A stretch of DNA of 56,169 bases from Candidatus Woesearchaeota archaeon. GTDB lineage: Archaea > Nanobdellota > Nanobdellia > Woesearchaeales > UBA9642. A program made the position numbers and the translations under genes. Shown here in pieces: positions 9,984 through 19,971 of this stretch. Location: NCBI GenBank assembly GCA_013330595.1, contig DUIB01000018.1, positions 1 to 56,169 on the forward strand. The letters are read 5' to 3'. Each line of letters opens with the position of its first letter. Position 1 is the stretch's first letter. The notes beneath the pieces are model-generated. The model was given only the letters and a program-made list of their open reading frames with translations, ran no database searches and was not told the origin of the DNA.

Positions 9984-10928
9984 CTACCATTCTGTTGGTT
10001 CTATTTCTAATTCGTGGTATGCTCTGCTTAATACTGTGAAATTGTAGCAGCACCATGTGATGTGGCTTTCTTGTTCTTTTGCTGTGTCTTTTTTGCAGTG
10101 TACTGTATCTCCAAATTTGCTTTTTTTAGCATGATTTGTTGATTCTACATTGCTTCTTGTATGATATTCTTTCTCGTATTCTTCGGGATTTTTTTCTGCG
10201 TATTTTAGCATGGTTTTCCATGCTAAATGTCCTTTTGGTTTTTTTGTTAATCCTTTTTTTAAATGAAATCTTGGTTTTCCACCGATACTTTCTACAGCTG
10301 TGCAATTTTCTCTCGATAAATATGTTCCATCTCCACTAACGATATTTACTTTGAAGTCTTTTTCTAATTTTTTCATATGCTCTCTGAATATTAGGTTATC
10401 TTTTCCTTTTTCTGTGAGAATGTTTATTGCTACAACAGGATGTAATTCGCATCCTGTTGTTATATGCACGTTTATATGATCTCTTTTTCTTGTTTCTTTA
10501 TTGCATCTAATACTATACCAGCTAGAATATGTTTTTGTTCTTTCTCCAGTTTTATTTGTGGCAAAATTTTTTTCCAGAAATCTTAATGGATTTGAAGTGT
10601 AACGTATAATTTCGTTTAGATATTTTTTTATTGATGAATTGTTAAGGTAATTGTCTAGTGTTTTGAATGATAGCGTGTTAAACTTTAGTTTAAATGCAAT
10701 TTTAACAGTCTTAATGATTCCTATGCTCCGACGTAAACTTTTGCCAAAGTATTGTTTTATGCTTAAATTCATCAGCACGTCATAGAGGCGTGCGGGTGGT
10801 GCGCCAATACCACGCCACAATGAATCATTCTTACACACAAAAAACGTAACTCTAGGGAGATATTCACAGAAAATGAATATCTCATTTTCTTGAGAAAGAT
10901 TATATTTGGATTCAGAGCGACACTTCAT
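9984..10928 (-). CDS. DDE transposase; first catalytic Asp appears replaced by Asn
   Basis: FATNKTG (D expected), SGDGTYLSRENC, YHTRSNVESTN; stop abuts left IR. Confidence 0.85.
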   Translation of the reverse strand: MKCRSESKYNLSQENEIFIFCEYLPRVTFFVCKNDSLWRGIGAPPARLYDVLMNLSIKQYFGKSLRRSIGIIKTVKIAFKLKFNTLSFKTLDNYLNNSSIKKYLNEIIRYTSNPLRFLEKNFATNKTGERTKTYSSWYSIRCNKETRKRDHINVHITTGCELHPVVAINILTEKGKDNLIFREHMKKLEKDFKVNIVSGDGTYLSRENCTAVESIGGKPRFHLKKGLTKKPKGHLAWKTMLKYAEKNPEEYEKEYHTRSNVESTNHAKKSKFGDTVHCKKDTAKEQESHITWCCYNFTVLSRAYHELEIEPTEW

Positions 10929-11017
10929 AATAGCACCTATAAATACTGAACTAGTATTTGCTTTTTTCTATACTACAGAATATACATATTTAAATATAAG
11001 TAGCACCTATCAATAGT

Positions 11018-11164
11018 GTGTACATCACAAAAAAAAGATTCGGAAAGAGAACATATTATTATATCGTCGAAAACAAAAAAATCAACGGAAAACCAGTAAT
11101 GAAACATATTCTATACTTAGGAACAGCAGAAAAAATACTAAAAAAACTCACAAAAAGGAACTAA
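11018..11164 (+). CDS. 48-aa basic protein resembling the IS1634-type transposase N-terminal DNA-binding region
   Basis: Hand-translated MYITKKRFGKRTYYYIVENKKINGKPVMKHILYLGTAEKILKKLTKRN; GTG start, TTTAAATA upstream, stop abuts right IR. Confidence 0.65.
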   Translation: MYITKKRFGKRTYYYIVENKKINGKPVMKHILYLGTAEKILKKLTKRN

Positions 11165-11346
11165 TTCTTACACACAACTTTTTTTAAAATCCTTTTTTAA
11201 TATTCCTAAAGTTAGAAGCAGAGAGTATATGTGTTATGCATAGAGATGGTCATATATTTTAAACCGCTCGCATTTTTACTTCTTTATAAATAGAAGATGT
11301 TGCATTAGAAAAAGTTATAAATAAATACCTCTTTCACTATTATAAT

Positions 11347-12480
11347 ATGGATCTTCAAAAGCGATTTGAATTAATCAGACATAACACAGAAGAAATTATG
11401 ACAGAAAATGATTTAATGCTTCTATTAGAAAGTGGAATAAAGATTAAACACTACATCGGATTTGAAATTTCTGGAAAGATACACTTAGGAACTGGATTAA
11501 TGTGTATGTCTAAAGTTAAAGATTTTATGGATGCCGGAATTGATTGTTCGATTTTTCTTGCTGATTGGCACAGTTGGATAAATGAAAAACTTGGTGGAGA
11601 TAGAGAAATTATAAAGAGAGTTGCTGGAGGATATTTTAAAGAGGGACTAATAGCCAGTTTAAAATGTTTTGGAGGAGATCCTGAGAAATTACAATTTATT
11701 TTAGGTTCAGATATATATCACAATAATGATGATTATTGGGCAACCATGGTCGATATTAGCAAAAATACAACTCTTAGGAGAATGATGCGAAGCATTACTA
11801 TTTTAGGTAGGAAGGAGGGTGAATCTATTGACTTTGCCAAATTACTTTATCCCCCTATGCAAGTAGCAGATATTTTCATTCAAGGAATAAATCTGCCTCA
11901 TGCAGGACTTGATCAAAGAAAAGCTCAAGTAATAGCTAGAGAGGTTGCGTTAAAAATAAAAACTAAACCACTGCAGGACAAGCAAGGAAATAAAATGAAA
12001 CCCGTTGCTGTCCATCATCATCTGATTTTAGGATTAGGAAAACCTCCGGTTTGGCCTGTACCAAAAGATCAATTACAAGAATTGTGGTCTGCCCTAAAAA
12101 TGAGCAAATCAAAGCCAGATACATGTATTTTTATACATGATTCGGTTGAAGAAATTAAAAGAAAAATTAATCGAGCATTTTGTCTTGAAGGTGAAATAGA
12201 ATTTAATCCAATTCTCGACTGGATAAAATACCTTATTTTTAGAGATGCAAAATCAGTATTCGAGATTAATAGACCAGAAAAATTCGGTGGAAAGATTACT
12301 TATTCATCATATTCACAATTGGAGGAGGATTTTGTAAAAAAGAAACTTCATCCAGCAGATTTAAAAAATTCTGTAGCAGAAGAATTAATTAAAATCCTTG
12401 AGCCAGCAAGAAAACATTTTGAACAACCAAGGGTAAAAAAAATGCTTGAAGAATTAGAGATGCTAATTATCACACGATAA
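11347..12480 (+). CDS. tyrS: Tyrosine--tRNA ligase (archaeal type)
   Basis: YIGFEISGKIHLG, YPPMQVAD, GLDQRK, KMSKS, LHPADLK. Confidence 0.96.
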   Translation: MDLQKRFELIRHNTEEIMTENDLMLLLESGIKIKHYIGFEISGKIHLGTGLMCMSKVKDFMDAGIDCSIFLADWHSWINEKLGGDREIIKRVAGGYFKEGLIASLKCFGGDPEKLQFILGSDIYHNNDDYWATMVDISKNTTLRRMMRSITILGRKEGESIDFAKLLYPPMQVADIFIQGINLPHAGLDQRKAQVIAREVALKIKTKPLQDKQGNKMKPVAVHHHLILGLGKPPVWPVPKDQLQELWSALKMSKSKPDTCIFIHDSVEEIKRKINRAFCLEGEIEFNPILDWIKYLIFRDAKSVFEINRPEKFGGKITYSSYSQLEEDFVKKKLHPADLKNSVAEELIKILEPARKHFEQPRVKKMLEELEMLIITR

Positions 12481-12491
12481 GGATTAATAAT

Positions 12492-13517
12492 TTAATTATC
12501 CTTGAAACAAAATGGATCATCTCCCCATATATCTTTATTGAAATTTAATGCTCGTGCCCTGCAGCCCCCGCACAAAAATCTAATCTCACAATTAGAACAT
12601 TTTTTACTAAAGACTCTTGACATTTGTATATTTAAAAAATCAGTTCTGTTTTTTGAAGAAAGTATTTCATTCAATCTATTGGTTTTGAGGCTTCCAAATA
12701 CAAAATCCAAAAAAGAACATGGTTTCACATCCCCTAAAGGAGATATATAAATCATATTAATTCCTGCTGAGCAACCACCGATGATATTCATAGTAGGATA
12801 TTTGTCCCTTAATTCTTCTATTCTTTCTTTGTTCAACCAAAGTGATATAGGGTCTTGACAATAGAGTTTGATATTGATGACTCCTTTCTGAATAGATATC
12901 ACGTTTTGTAAAAATTCTTTGTATTCTGTTTTAGTTAAAGAAAAATCGAACTCTCTGCCTCGCCCTGAAGGTAGCACAGCGCGAGTCATAACATCATAAA
13001 CACCAATTTGCTCGCATAGTTTCATCACCTCCTCGAAGTCTCTGAAATTAAAATTTGTCGCAGTGAATTCTATATGAGTTTTTATTCCATATTTCTTTAA
13101 CAATTTTATATTTTCAATTACTTTCTCGAAAGCGCCTTCTTTATTTCTTAATTTGTCATGATTTTTTTTGAGACCATCAATACCTGTTCCAATATAATCT
13201 ACACCTAGGTCCTTAATTTTTTGTATTTTTTCTCTATTTAACAAGAGGATATTTGACTGGATTCTTAAAATGAAGCCATTCTTTTTGACTAATCTAATTA
13301 AATCAAAGATATCCTCTCTAAGGAAAGGTTCACCTCCAGAAAATGTAATTGTTTTAATATTCAATTCCCTTGAACTTTTAATAATTTCTTTTATTTGATT
13401 AATAGACAGTTGTGATTTTTTATCAAAACCACTTGCTCTACAATGTAAGCAATTTAAATTACAAGAAGAAATCAAATCCATTAACAAATAATCGACTTTA
13501 GGTAAGTAATTTTTCAT
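12492..13517 (-). CDS. Radical SAM/SPASM protein (AhbC/D-, NirJ- or PqqE-like)
   Basis: CNLNCLHC, SGGEP, SPASM cysteines GCSAG..PC..CSNC..CGGCRARA..DPFC; ATG 13517 just after the archease stop. Confidence 0.88.
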   Translation of the reverse strand: MKNYLPKVDYLLMDLISSCNLNCLHCRASGFDKKSQLSINQIKEIIKSSRELNIKTITFSGGEPFLREDIFDLIRLVKKNGFILRIQSNILLLNREKIQKIKDLGVDYIGTGIDGLKKNHDKLRNKEGAFEKVIENIKLLKKYGIKTHIEFTATNFNFRDFEEVMKLCEQIGVYDVMTRAVLPSGRGREFDFSLTKTEYKEFLQNVISIQKGVINIKLYCQDPISLWLNKERIEELRDKYPTMNIIGGCSAGINMIYISPLGDVKPCSFLDFVFGSLKTNRLNEILSSKNRTDFLNIQMSRVFSKKCSNCEIRFLCGGCRARALNFNKDIWGDDPFCFKDN

Positions 13518-13518
13518 T

Positions 13519-13953
13519 TCAAAGATCAACAACAACTTGGCATTCCCACAAGCCTTCATCATTCTGCTTGACATGCATCTCATTGTACGTGACGGCTTTG
13601 ACTTCTCCTGAGCTTTCAAAGTTGATGCTTAAGCTTCCTTTTAAGACAGCTTTTAGTTTATATCCGCCTTCTAATTCTTTTATTTTGATATTTTCAACAA
13701 GCCCGACAAATGATTCAGCAGACAACAAGAATATAGACTCTTCAAGAAAATTGTATAATAATGATTCTAGATTAGTTCCTTCAACAACCAATTCTCTCAT
13801 CTCTTTATCAAACTCATAATCTTCAATCTCGCTGATCTTAAACACAATACTGTTCATTGCCTCTAGAGCATTTGAGAATGATTCCTCTAATGTATATCCG
13901 AAAGCCTTGAACTTTGCATCTGCTGTCTTATCAAAAAACTCGTATTTGTGCAT
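13519..13953 (-). CDS. Archease
   Basis: YEFFDKTAD..G.TLEE.F, VKAVTY, VVDL C-terminus. Confidence 0.92.
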   Translation of the reverse strand: MHKYEFFDKTADAKFKAFGYTLEESFSNALEAMNSIVFKISEIEDYEFDKEMRELVVEGTNLESLLYNFLEESIFLLSAESFVGLVENIKIKELEGGYKLKAVLKGSLSINFESSGEVKAVTYNEMHVKQNDEGLWECQVVVDL

Positions 13954-13985
13954 AAAAGAACGATGTCATCAACACTATATAAAGT

Positions 13986-14501
13986 TTAATATTTCTTCAA
14001 CAGATCACTAATTGAAGCGCCTATGCTTGCCGGTCCAGATATGATTATAATAAGCTTGTAGTAATGATTTAGGCTATCAACAAGGTAGATCAATCCGAAG
14101 ACATATGCAATCATGAAGCTCACTATTAATGCAACAAAATAGAATGCCAGTAATCTTTTTATCCAGAACTGCCCGAATTTCCTATTCTGCTTATCAGCAA
14201 CCCTGCTGTATCCAATGAAATATATCTCAGCAGTCAATAATATCATAATAAAAAGAAACACCATATATAGATGATTATCAGGAATTTTATTGGCTATATT
14301 TATAATATTTCCAGAAAATGCAACACTAAAAGCCAAAAACAATGATCCCATGAATGCTCTTAGAACATCCTTTCTGCTAAAATGTTCAGGAGTCTTGTCT
14401 ATCAATTCCTGCTTGATCTTTTCTACATCTCTCTTGATTACATCATCTTCATTCTTTAAATCATCAATTTCTCTCTCCACTCTTGAAATCCTATGATGCA
14501 T
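13986..14501 (-). CDS. Membrane protein (DUF2391-like)
   Basis: Coiled N-terminus, FSRKDVLRAFMGS, ~4 TM segments, SIGASISDLL; start coupled to glgP stop. Confidence 0.65.
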   Translation of the reverse strand: MHHRISRVEREIDDLKNEDDVIKRDVEKIKQELIDKTPEHFSRKDVLRAFMGSLFLAFSVAFSGNIINIANKIPDNHLYMVFLFIMILLTAEIYFIGYSRVADKQNRKFGQFWIKRLLAFYFVALIVSFMIAYVFGLIYLVDSLNHYYKLIIIISGPASIGASISDLLKKY

Positions 14502-14502
14502 C

Positions 14503-16218
14503 TTAATCAATATAGGCATTTGCAATATACTGTTGAGCCATTCTCATTGTATTGAAAAAGCTTCCATTTATTGCAATGCAATGCCTCATTATGTCAGTCC
14601 ATTTTTCCCTATTACCATAAAATATTGGTATTATCTGCTCTAGCTTAAAATAAAGATCATTTGCTTCATCATTAATGTCAGAGTCAATCTTAAATCCGGG
14701 ATCCTGTGGATGAGGTCCTATGCTCCATCCTGTAACATTTTCAATACATCCTTCAATCCACCAACCGTCTAGAGTTGAGAATTGCGGAACTCCATTCAAT
14801 GCTGCTTTCATTCCAGAGGTTCCTGATGCTTCATAAGGCCTTTGAGGAGTATTAAGCCAGATATCACATCCAGCTACCATAAGTTTTGCAATCCTCATAT
14901 CATAATTTTCTAAGAATACAATCTTTATTTTACAATCTTCACTATTTATTTTATTAGCAATTTCTATAGTTCTTTGGATTAATCTTTTTCCAGTATTATC
15001 CTGGCTGTGAGCTTTTCCTGCAAACACAATCTGGATATCGCCAACCTTTTCTGCTATATCTTTTAATTTCGCAATATTAGATAAAAGCATTTCAGGCCTT
15101 TTATATTCTGTGAATCTCCTGCCATAACCAATAGTGAATCTTGCTGGATGAAAATCCATTGATTTTATCTCATCAATAAGCTGTTTTTTTGCCTCAATAT
15201 GTGCATCCCATAATCTTTCTTTTGGGATAGATAATGCATATCTCAATGAAAATGGATCAACAACCCATCCAGGGATATATTCATCAAATAGATTCTTAAA
15301 AGATGGTGAGATCCAGGATAAATGATGTATGCCGTTAGTAATAGAGTCGATGCTATAGTTCGGGAACATCTCTCTTGTTATTTCACCATGCCTCTTTGCA
15401 ACACCATTAATGTATTTGCTTAAATTCAGTCCGAGCAATGTCATGCTGAATTGATCATTATCAAGGCATTTCTGAAATATGAATTCTGGAACATAATCAT
15501 GCATTAATCTTTTGAATAATGCTATATCAAAATGATCATGGCCTGCTGCCACAGGGGTGTGTGTAGTAAAAATGCATTTGTCTCTTATTGATTCGACATC
15601 ATAAGTATTTTCTGCATAATCACTATTATCAGTGAAGGTTTTTCTTAATAATTCTATTGTCAATAAAGCTGCATGACCTTCATTCATGTGATATTTCTTA
15701 ATTGTATTGTAACCGAGGCTTTCAAGCATCCTGGTGCCACCGACTCCTAGAATGACTTCTTGGCATAACCTGTAAGCTCTGTCTCCTCCATAAAGAAAAC
15801 TTGTTAATGATTTATCATAATCAGAATTCCCATTAACATTGGTATCAAGGAAAAAAACAGGGATATTATGTCCTGAACTACCTCTAATCATATGTTTCCA
15901 AGCATTTATTTTTACTTCCCTGCCTTCTATTGTTACACTAACTTGATTAGGTATAGGAACAAGAAAATCATTAATATTCCATTCTGTAGGCTCTTCGATT
16001 TGCGAGTTGTTAATTATTCTTTGCTTAAAATAACCTTTTTCATTCAATAATGTTACGCCGACAATAGGGATCTTAAGATCTGCATAAGCTTTTAACAAAT
16101 CACCTGCTAATATTCCTAGACCTCCTGCATATGTTGGAATATTATGGCTTATACCTATTTCCATTGAGAAATATGCAATGTGCTCTTTATCAAAATGCCT
16201 GTCATTATAATTGTTCAT
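14503..16218 (-). CDS. glgP: Alpha-glucan (glycogen) phosphorylase
   Basis: AYFSME, GGLGILAGD, HMNEGH, FTTHTP, RRFTEYKR, EASGTSGMK, LDGWW. Confidence 0.95.
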   Translation of the reverse strand: MNNYNDRHFDKEHIAYFSMEIGISHNIPTYAGGLGILAGDLLKAYADLKIPIVGVTLLNEKGYFKQRIINNSQIEEPTEWNINDFLVPIPNQVSVTIEGREVKINAWKHMIRGSSGHNIPVFFLDTNVNGNSDYDKSLTSFLYGGDRAYRLCQEVILGVGGTRMLESLGYNTIKKYHMNEGHAALLTIELLRKTFTDNSDYAENTYDVESIRDKCIFTTHTPVAAGHDHFDIALFKRLMHDYVPEFIFQKCLDNDQFSMTLLGLNLSKYINGVAKRHGEITREMFPNYSIDSITNGIHHLSWISPSFKNLFDEYIPGWVVDPFSLRYALSIPKERLWDAHIEAKKQLIDEIKSMDFHPARFTIGYGRRFTEYKRPEMLLSNIAKLKDIAEKVGDIQIVFAGKAHSQDNTGKRLIQRTIEIANKINSEDCKIKIVFLENYDMRIAKLMVAGCDIWLNTPQRPYEASGTSGMKAALNGVPQFSTLDGWWIEGCIENVTGWSIGPHPQDPGFKIDSDINDEANDLYFKLEQIIPIFYGNREKWTDIMRHCIAINGSFFNTMRMAQQYIANAYID

Positions 16219-16272
16219 ATTATTCTTATAATGCTGTTATTTAAAAAATTGATATTTATCTAGAAAGTAGTG

Positions 16273-16290
16273 AATGGCCCAGCCAGATTC
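16273..16290 (-). repeat. Duplicated 3' end of tRNA-Val(GAC), att-like
   Basis: AATGGCCCAGCCAGATTC vs AATGGGCCCAGCCAGATTC at 16356-16374 (1-nt indel). Confidence 0.75.
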
Positions 16291-16357
16291 TCCTGTGCCT
16301 TTTTAAAAAAGCTACACCAAAAAAGGCCGTAAACGGCAAAAGACAAAAAAAATGTAA

Positions 16358-16445
16358 TGGGCCCAGCCAGATTCGAACTGGCGGCCTCCTCCATTTTGAG
16401 TCAATGCTCGTCAAGGAGACGTCATAACCACTAGACCATGAGCCC
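16358..16445 (-). tRNA. tRNA-Val(GAC) with 15-nt intron at position 37/38 (16394-16408)
   Basis: Acceptor GGGCTCA/TGGGCCC, anticodon stem TCTCC/GGAGG, T-arm GCCAG-TTCGAAT-CTGGC; TTGA(32-35) pairs with intron TCAA, giving a BHB-like motif. Confidence 0.92.
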
Positions 16446-16501
16446 TCATTGATCTTTGGGGCAAATATAAATTTATAAATATTCTCATTTACCTGAGCAA
16501 T

Positions 16502-17014
16502 ATGGAAGGATATTATGATTCAATAGCTTCTGGATATGATGAATTGCATGAAGAGGAACAACTAAAGAAGCTTGCACTGATAAAAAAGGCCATTGATGAA
16601 GATAAAAGATTAGCTGATTTCAAGAATCCCAAGAGATTATTGGATGTAGGATGCGGTTCAGGCATATCTACACGATTCTTTCAGGCAAAAAATAGGACAG
16701 GCATTGATCCAAGCAAGGAATTAATTAAGATTGCAAAAAAGAATGATCCTAAAGGAAAATACATAATATCAGATGCAGAAACCATGCCTTTTAATAAAAA
16801 AGAATTCGACATAGTCATTTCATTGACTGCAATACAGAGTTTCTCAAATATAAGTAAGGCACTTAAAAAAATTCATGAATCAGGAGACAGATTCATCTTA
16901 ACATTTCTTAAAAAATCTCTGAAAAGAAAAGTGATTGAAAATTTGGTCGAGAAAGAATTTCAGATCATTAAAAAGATTGAAGAATATAGGGATATGATAT
17001 ATTTCTGTTATTGA
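16502..17014 (+). CDS. Class I SAM-dependent methyltransferase
   Basis: LLDVGCGSG, GIDPS, DAETMPF..FDIV. Confidence 0.9.
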   Translation: MEGYYDSIASGYDELHEEEQLKKLALIKKAIDEDKRLADFKNPKRLLDVGCGSGISTRFFQAKNRTGIDPSKELIKIAKKNDPKGKYIISDAETMPFNKKEFDIVISLTAIQSFSNISKALKKIHESGDRFILTFLKKSLKRKVIENLVEKEFQIIKKIEEYRDMIYFCY

Positions 17015-17021
17015 AGAAATC

Positions 17022-18728
17022 TTATTCTCCATGATGTTTTAAGATATTCTCTGCAACAACTGCAAATGCGGGCCTTGTGATGAACACTCCTATAGAGATT
17101 CCGATGATTGTTGTTATTGCAAATCCTTTAAGCAATCCTGCTCCAGCAAACATTAATGGAATCATTGCAACAACCAATGTAAAATAGCTAGCCATTACAA
17201 TGAAGAATGCATTCTTAATTTTATCCTTAAATCCTAGTGTAACTGACTCATTCCTATATTTTCCGGATATCTCATCTATGATAACTAATTGGCTGTCAAC
17301 ACCTGTTCCTATGGCAATAATTATTGCTGCAATTGCAATCAGATCTATGTTCCAGCCAATAAGAGCAGCAACTCCCAATAGTATAATCATTTCTGAACAC
17401 AATGTTATGGCAATAGGAATCGATACTACAAGCCTTTTATATCTAATAATTATTGTTGTGATAACTAATATCATAGCAATTAATCCTACAAATAAAGTAT
17501 TGTTGATGAATTCATTGCCTAATGCAGGGCTGATATTGTCTGTTTTCACGACACTTAATTTTACAGGCAATGATCCAGTTATGAGGATTGTTTGAAGTCT
17601 TTTCATGTTAGCATTAGCTTCAATCAATGCCTCTTGTTCTGTTAATCCGACACCTGAACCTGAAATACTGATATCTGTCTCTGCTCTTCCCTTAAGGCTT
17701 TCCCCTATTCTTAAAGTATCGACAAGCTGATCATCAAGATAAAGATCTAAAGGTTTTTCAAGGAATCCTTCGCCATTCTCAATGATTATCTGCATATCTT
17801 TTGTTAATTCTGCATGCCTCTCAGCTGATTCAGTGCTTAAAGTGATTGCAAACATAAACCTGCATGCATATCCATCTGTAATCTTATTGCATCTCTCTAT
17901 TCTGGAGCAATCAGCAGACTTGCATACTCTTCTAATATCCTGTCCTCCTCTAAATACAGAGTCATTGCCTATTTTCCCTTCAAATTTCCCTTGCTTTGCT
18001 ATTAAGTCTTTTACTTCCTCATCAGAAGCACCGGCAATCTCAACAAGAATAAATGTCTCGCCAGAAAGGTCAGATGTTGATTTCACAACAATATCACTTA
18101 ACCCATAAACATTAAGCCTTTGCTTCATATTCTCAATTAAAGTATCAACCTCTGTCTTGTTGATTTGTTCTTCTGGCTTCAACAATACTCTTGTCCCACC
18201 TTGAAGGTCAAGGCCTTTTCTAATATTTGTTGTTGGAGCATCATAAACCTTTAATCCAATATTCTCAATTCCGACTTCTCTTGTTAATGTTTTATTGACT
18301 ATTCTCTGCCTTGTGACATTTATTGTTTCATTAGATGTCTCATTGAAATAGCTTTCAGTGTAAAGCTCAAAAATCGTCTCATTAAGATTGATTATTTCAT
18401 ATTTTGATTTTACTATGACTCTATAAATATCCCTATTTGTCTTTATTGTTATTGTTGTATTGGCTAATAATTTTGATATGTAAGAATTATAATCATTAAT
18501 ATTTAGTATAGGCTGATTATTAATAGATTGAATGACTTCTCTGCTCATAGGCGCAGCATTAGGCTTAGGACTGGTAAAGCCTGCTTGATATGTAGGAGAG
18601 TCCTTAATGACGCTTCTTATTGCAACGCCAGAAGCCCAGGGGTTTGGATGGATTGAGATTATGGCAAAAACTAAGCAGATTATCAATATCCAGATTCTCC
18701 AGTTCCTGAATAATTTTTTTATATCCAT
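17022..18728 (-). CDS. secD: Protein translocase subunit SecD
   Basis: GLDLQGGTR, RLNVYGL, GSLPV, GTGVD, GFAITTIIG; start re-picked at 18728. Confidence 0.93.
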   Translation of the reverse strand: MDIKKLFRNWRIWILIICLVFAIISIHPNPWASGVAIRSVIKDSPTYQAGFTSPKPNAAPMSREVIQSINNQPILNINDYNSYISKLLANTTITIKTNRDIYRVIVKSKYEIINLNETIFELYTESYFNETSNETINVTRQRIVNKTLTREVGIENIGLKVYDAPTTNIRKGLDLQGGTRVLLKPEEQINKTEVDTLIENMKQRLNVYGLSDIVVKSTSDLSGETFILVEIAGASDEEVKDLIAKQGKFEGKIGNDSVFRGGQDIRRVCKSADCSRIERCNKITDGYACRFMFAITLSTESAERHAELTKDMQIIIENGEGFLEKPLDLYLDDQLVDTLRIGESLKGRAETDISISGSGVGLTEQEALIEANANMKRLQTILITGSLPVKLSVVKTDNISPALGNEFINNTLFVGLIAMILVITTIIIRYKRLVVSIPIAITLCSEMIILLGVAALIGWNIDLIAIAAIIIAIGTGVDSQLVIIDEISGKYRNESVTLGFKDKIKNAFFIVMASYFTLVVAMIPLMFAGAGLLKGFAITTIIGISIGVFITRPAFAVVAENILKHHGE

Positions 18729-18750
18729 TTTAATTGAAATTTTATTGAAG

Positions 18751-19827
18751 TTATTTCCAGCCTTTTTTCTCAAGATGCCATCTTAATATTCCGGCATTCT
18801 GGATCCATGTAAAGATAATATCAGCAAATAATCCTACAGCCAAGATAAACATTATCTCTTTGATGACAGCTGAATGAGTGAGGAAATATGCAGTAAGAAC
18901 TGCAATTAAAGCTGAAATTGACATCATCATACCTGTTTTTAAAGCTCCTATCGTTCTTTCAAATACTGTTCCTTCTTTTCTCTTCAATACTCTTACAGAC
19001 ATTAATATATCAGTATCTATGCTATATCCTACAAGCATAAGAAATGCGGCAACTCCTCCTGTATTCAACTTCAATCCCATGATATTGAAAACAGCCAGAG
19101 AAAAGAAAATATCAGAAGCAGCGCATAATATTATACCAAAGCTAGGGATATTATCTTTGAAATAAAGATAAACAAGAAATGCAAGAATCAATACAGGAAT
19201 TATGTATAATGTTGTTGTTTTTGCATAAAACATCATCAATCCAGCTGTAACAGATAGTACAGCTACAAGCCATTTATATTTCAAGAATGATCCAAAATAA
19301 AGATAAACAACCAAGCTCATAAAGATAAATGCCACAAATATAGCCTTCAATGTCTGATTGAAAAATGCTGTTCCAAGGCTTGGTCCTGTGATTTCTGAGC
19401 TATAATCATTAGAATTAAGGTCAGGATATTTTACCCTCAATACTGATAATAAGTCCTGCTCGCTAACATCTGAGGCTTCAACCACAAATCCATATCTTCC
19501 ACCGAATTCATTAGTTGCCCTTACACTGATATCTGATTTTAGAAATTTATCAGTAATTAATGCTTGAAGTGCATCTGGATCCACAGGCTCATTAGTTGTT
19601 ACTGTCAGTGTCAATCCTCCTTTTAATGTTATGCCTTTGTCTACAAAATCCCCTGTACTAATATATTTGAAAGCAATAGCACCCACTGAGAAAACCAACA
19701 ATAATATGCTGAATATCATTAATGCTTTATAATGATTATCATATGTCCTTAAAAAAATATTTCTAGAATCCTTATGATTGGTTGCTTTATCACTACTTTT
19801 TTCTGTGTGTTCCTGATGGTTTGACAT
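18751..19827 (-). CDS. secF: Protein translocase subunit SecF
   Basis: GITLKGG, GPSLG, LMLVGYSIDTDIL, TWIQNAGIL; start re-picked at 19827. Confidence 0.92.
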   Translation of the reverse strand: MSNHQEHTEKSSDKATNHKDSRNIFLRTYDNHYKALMIFSILLLVFSVGAIAFKYISTGDFVDKGITLKGGLTLTVTTNEPVDPDALQALITDKFLKSDISVRATNEFGGRYGFVVEASDVSEQDLLSVLRVKYPDLNSNDYSSEITGPSLGTAFFNQTLKAIFVAFIFMSLVVYLYFGSFLKYKWLVAVLSVTAGLMMFYAKTTTLYIIPVLILAFLVYLYFKDNIPSFGIILCAASDIFFSLAVFNIMGLKLNTGGVAAFLMLVGYSIDTDILMSVRVLKRKEGTVFERTIGALKTGMMMSISALIAVLTAYFLTHSAVIKEIMFILAVGLFADIIFTWIQNAGILRWHLEKKGWK

Positions 19828-19971
19828 AATGATAAATGGATTTGGGATAATTTTATAAATATTTCCATTTAATAATAAATGTAAAATGCTTGATAAAGAT
19901 TTGATGACCAAAATCAAAAAATTCATAAATAAAGCTATTTATAGTATCTAATTGAATAATAGAGGTGTGAA

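Larger units (their letters stand above)
9967..11179 (-). mobile_element. Insertion sequence (DDE, IS4/IS5-like superfamily), probably inactive
   Basis: IR AGTTGTGTGTAAGAA (9967-9981) / TTCTTACACACAACT (11165-11179); flanking TTTTTTAAA repeat (9958-9966, 11180-11188); exact ends ambiguous in A/T runs. Confidence 0.85.

Noticed and set aside
13518..13619. Long N-terminus of the SPASM protein
   Set aside because: Overlaps archease in another frame; ATG 13517 fits better.
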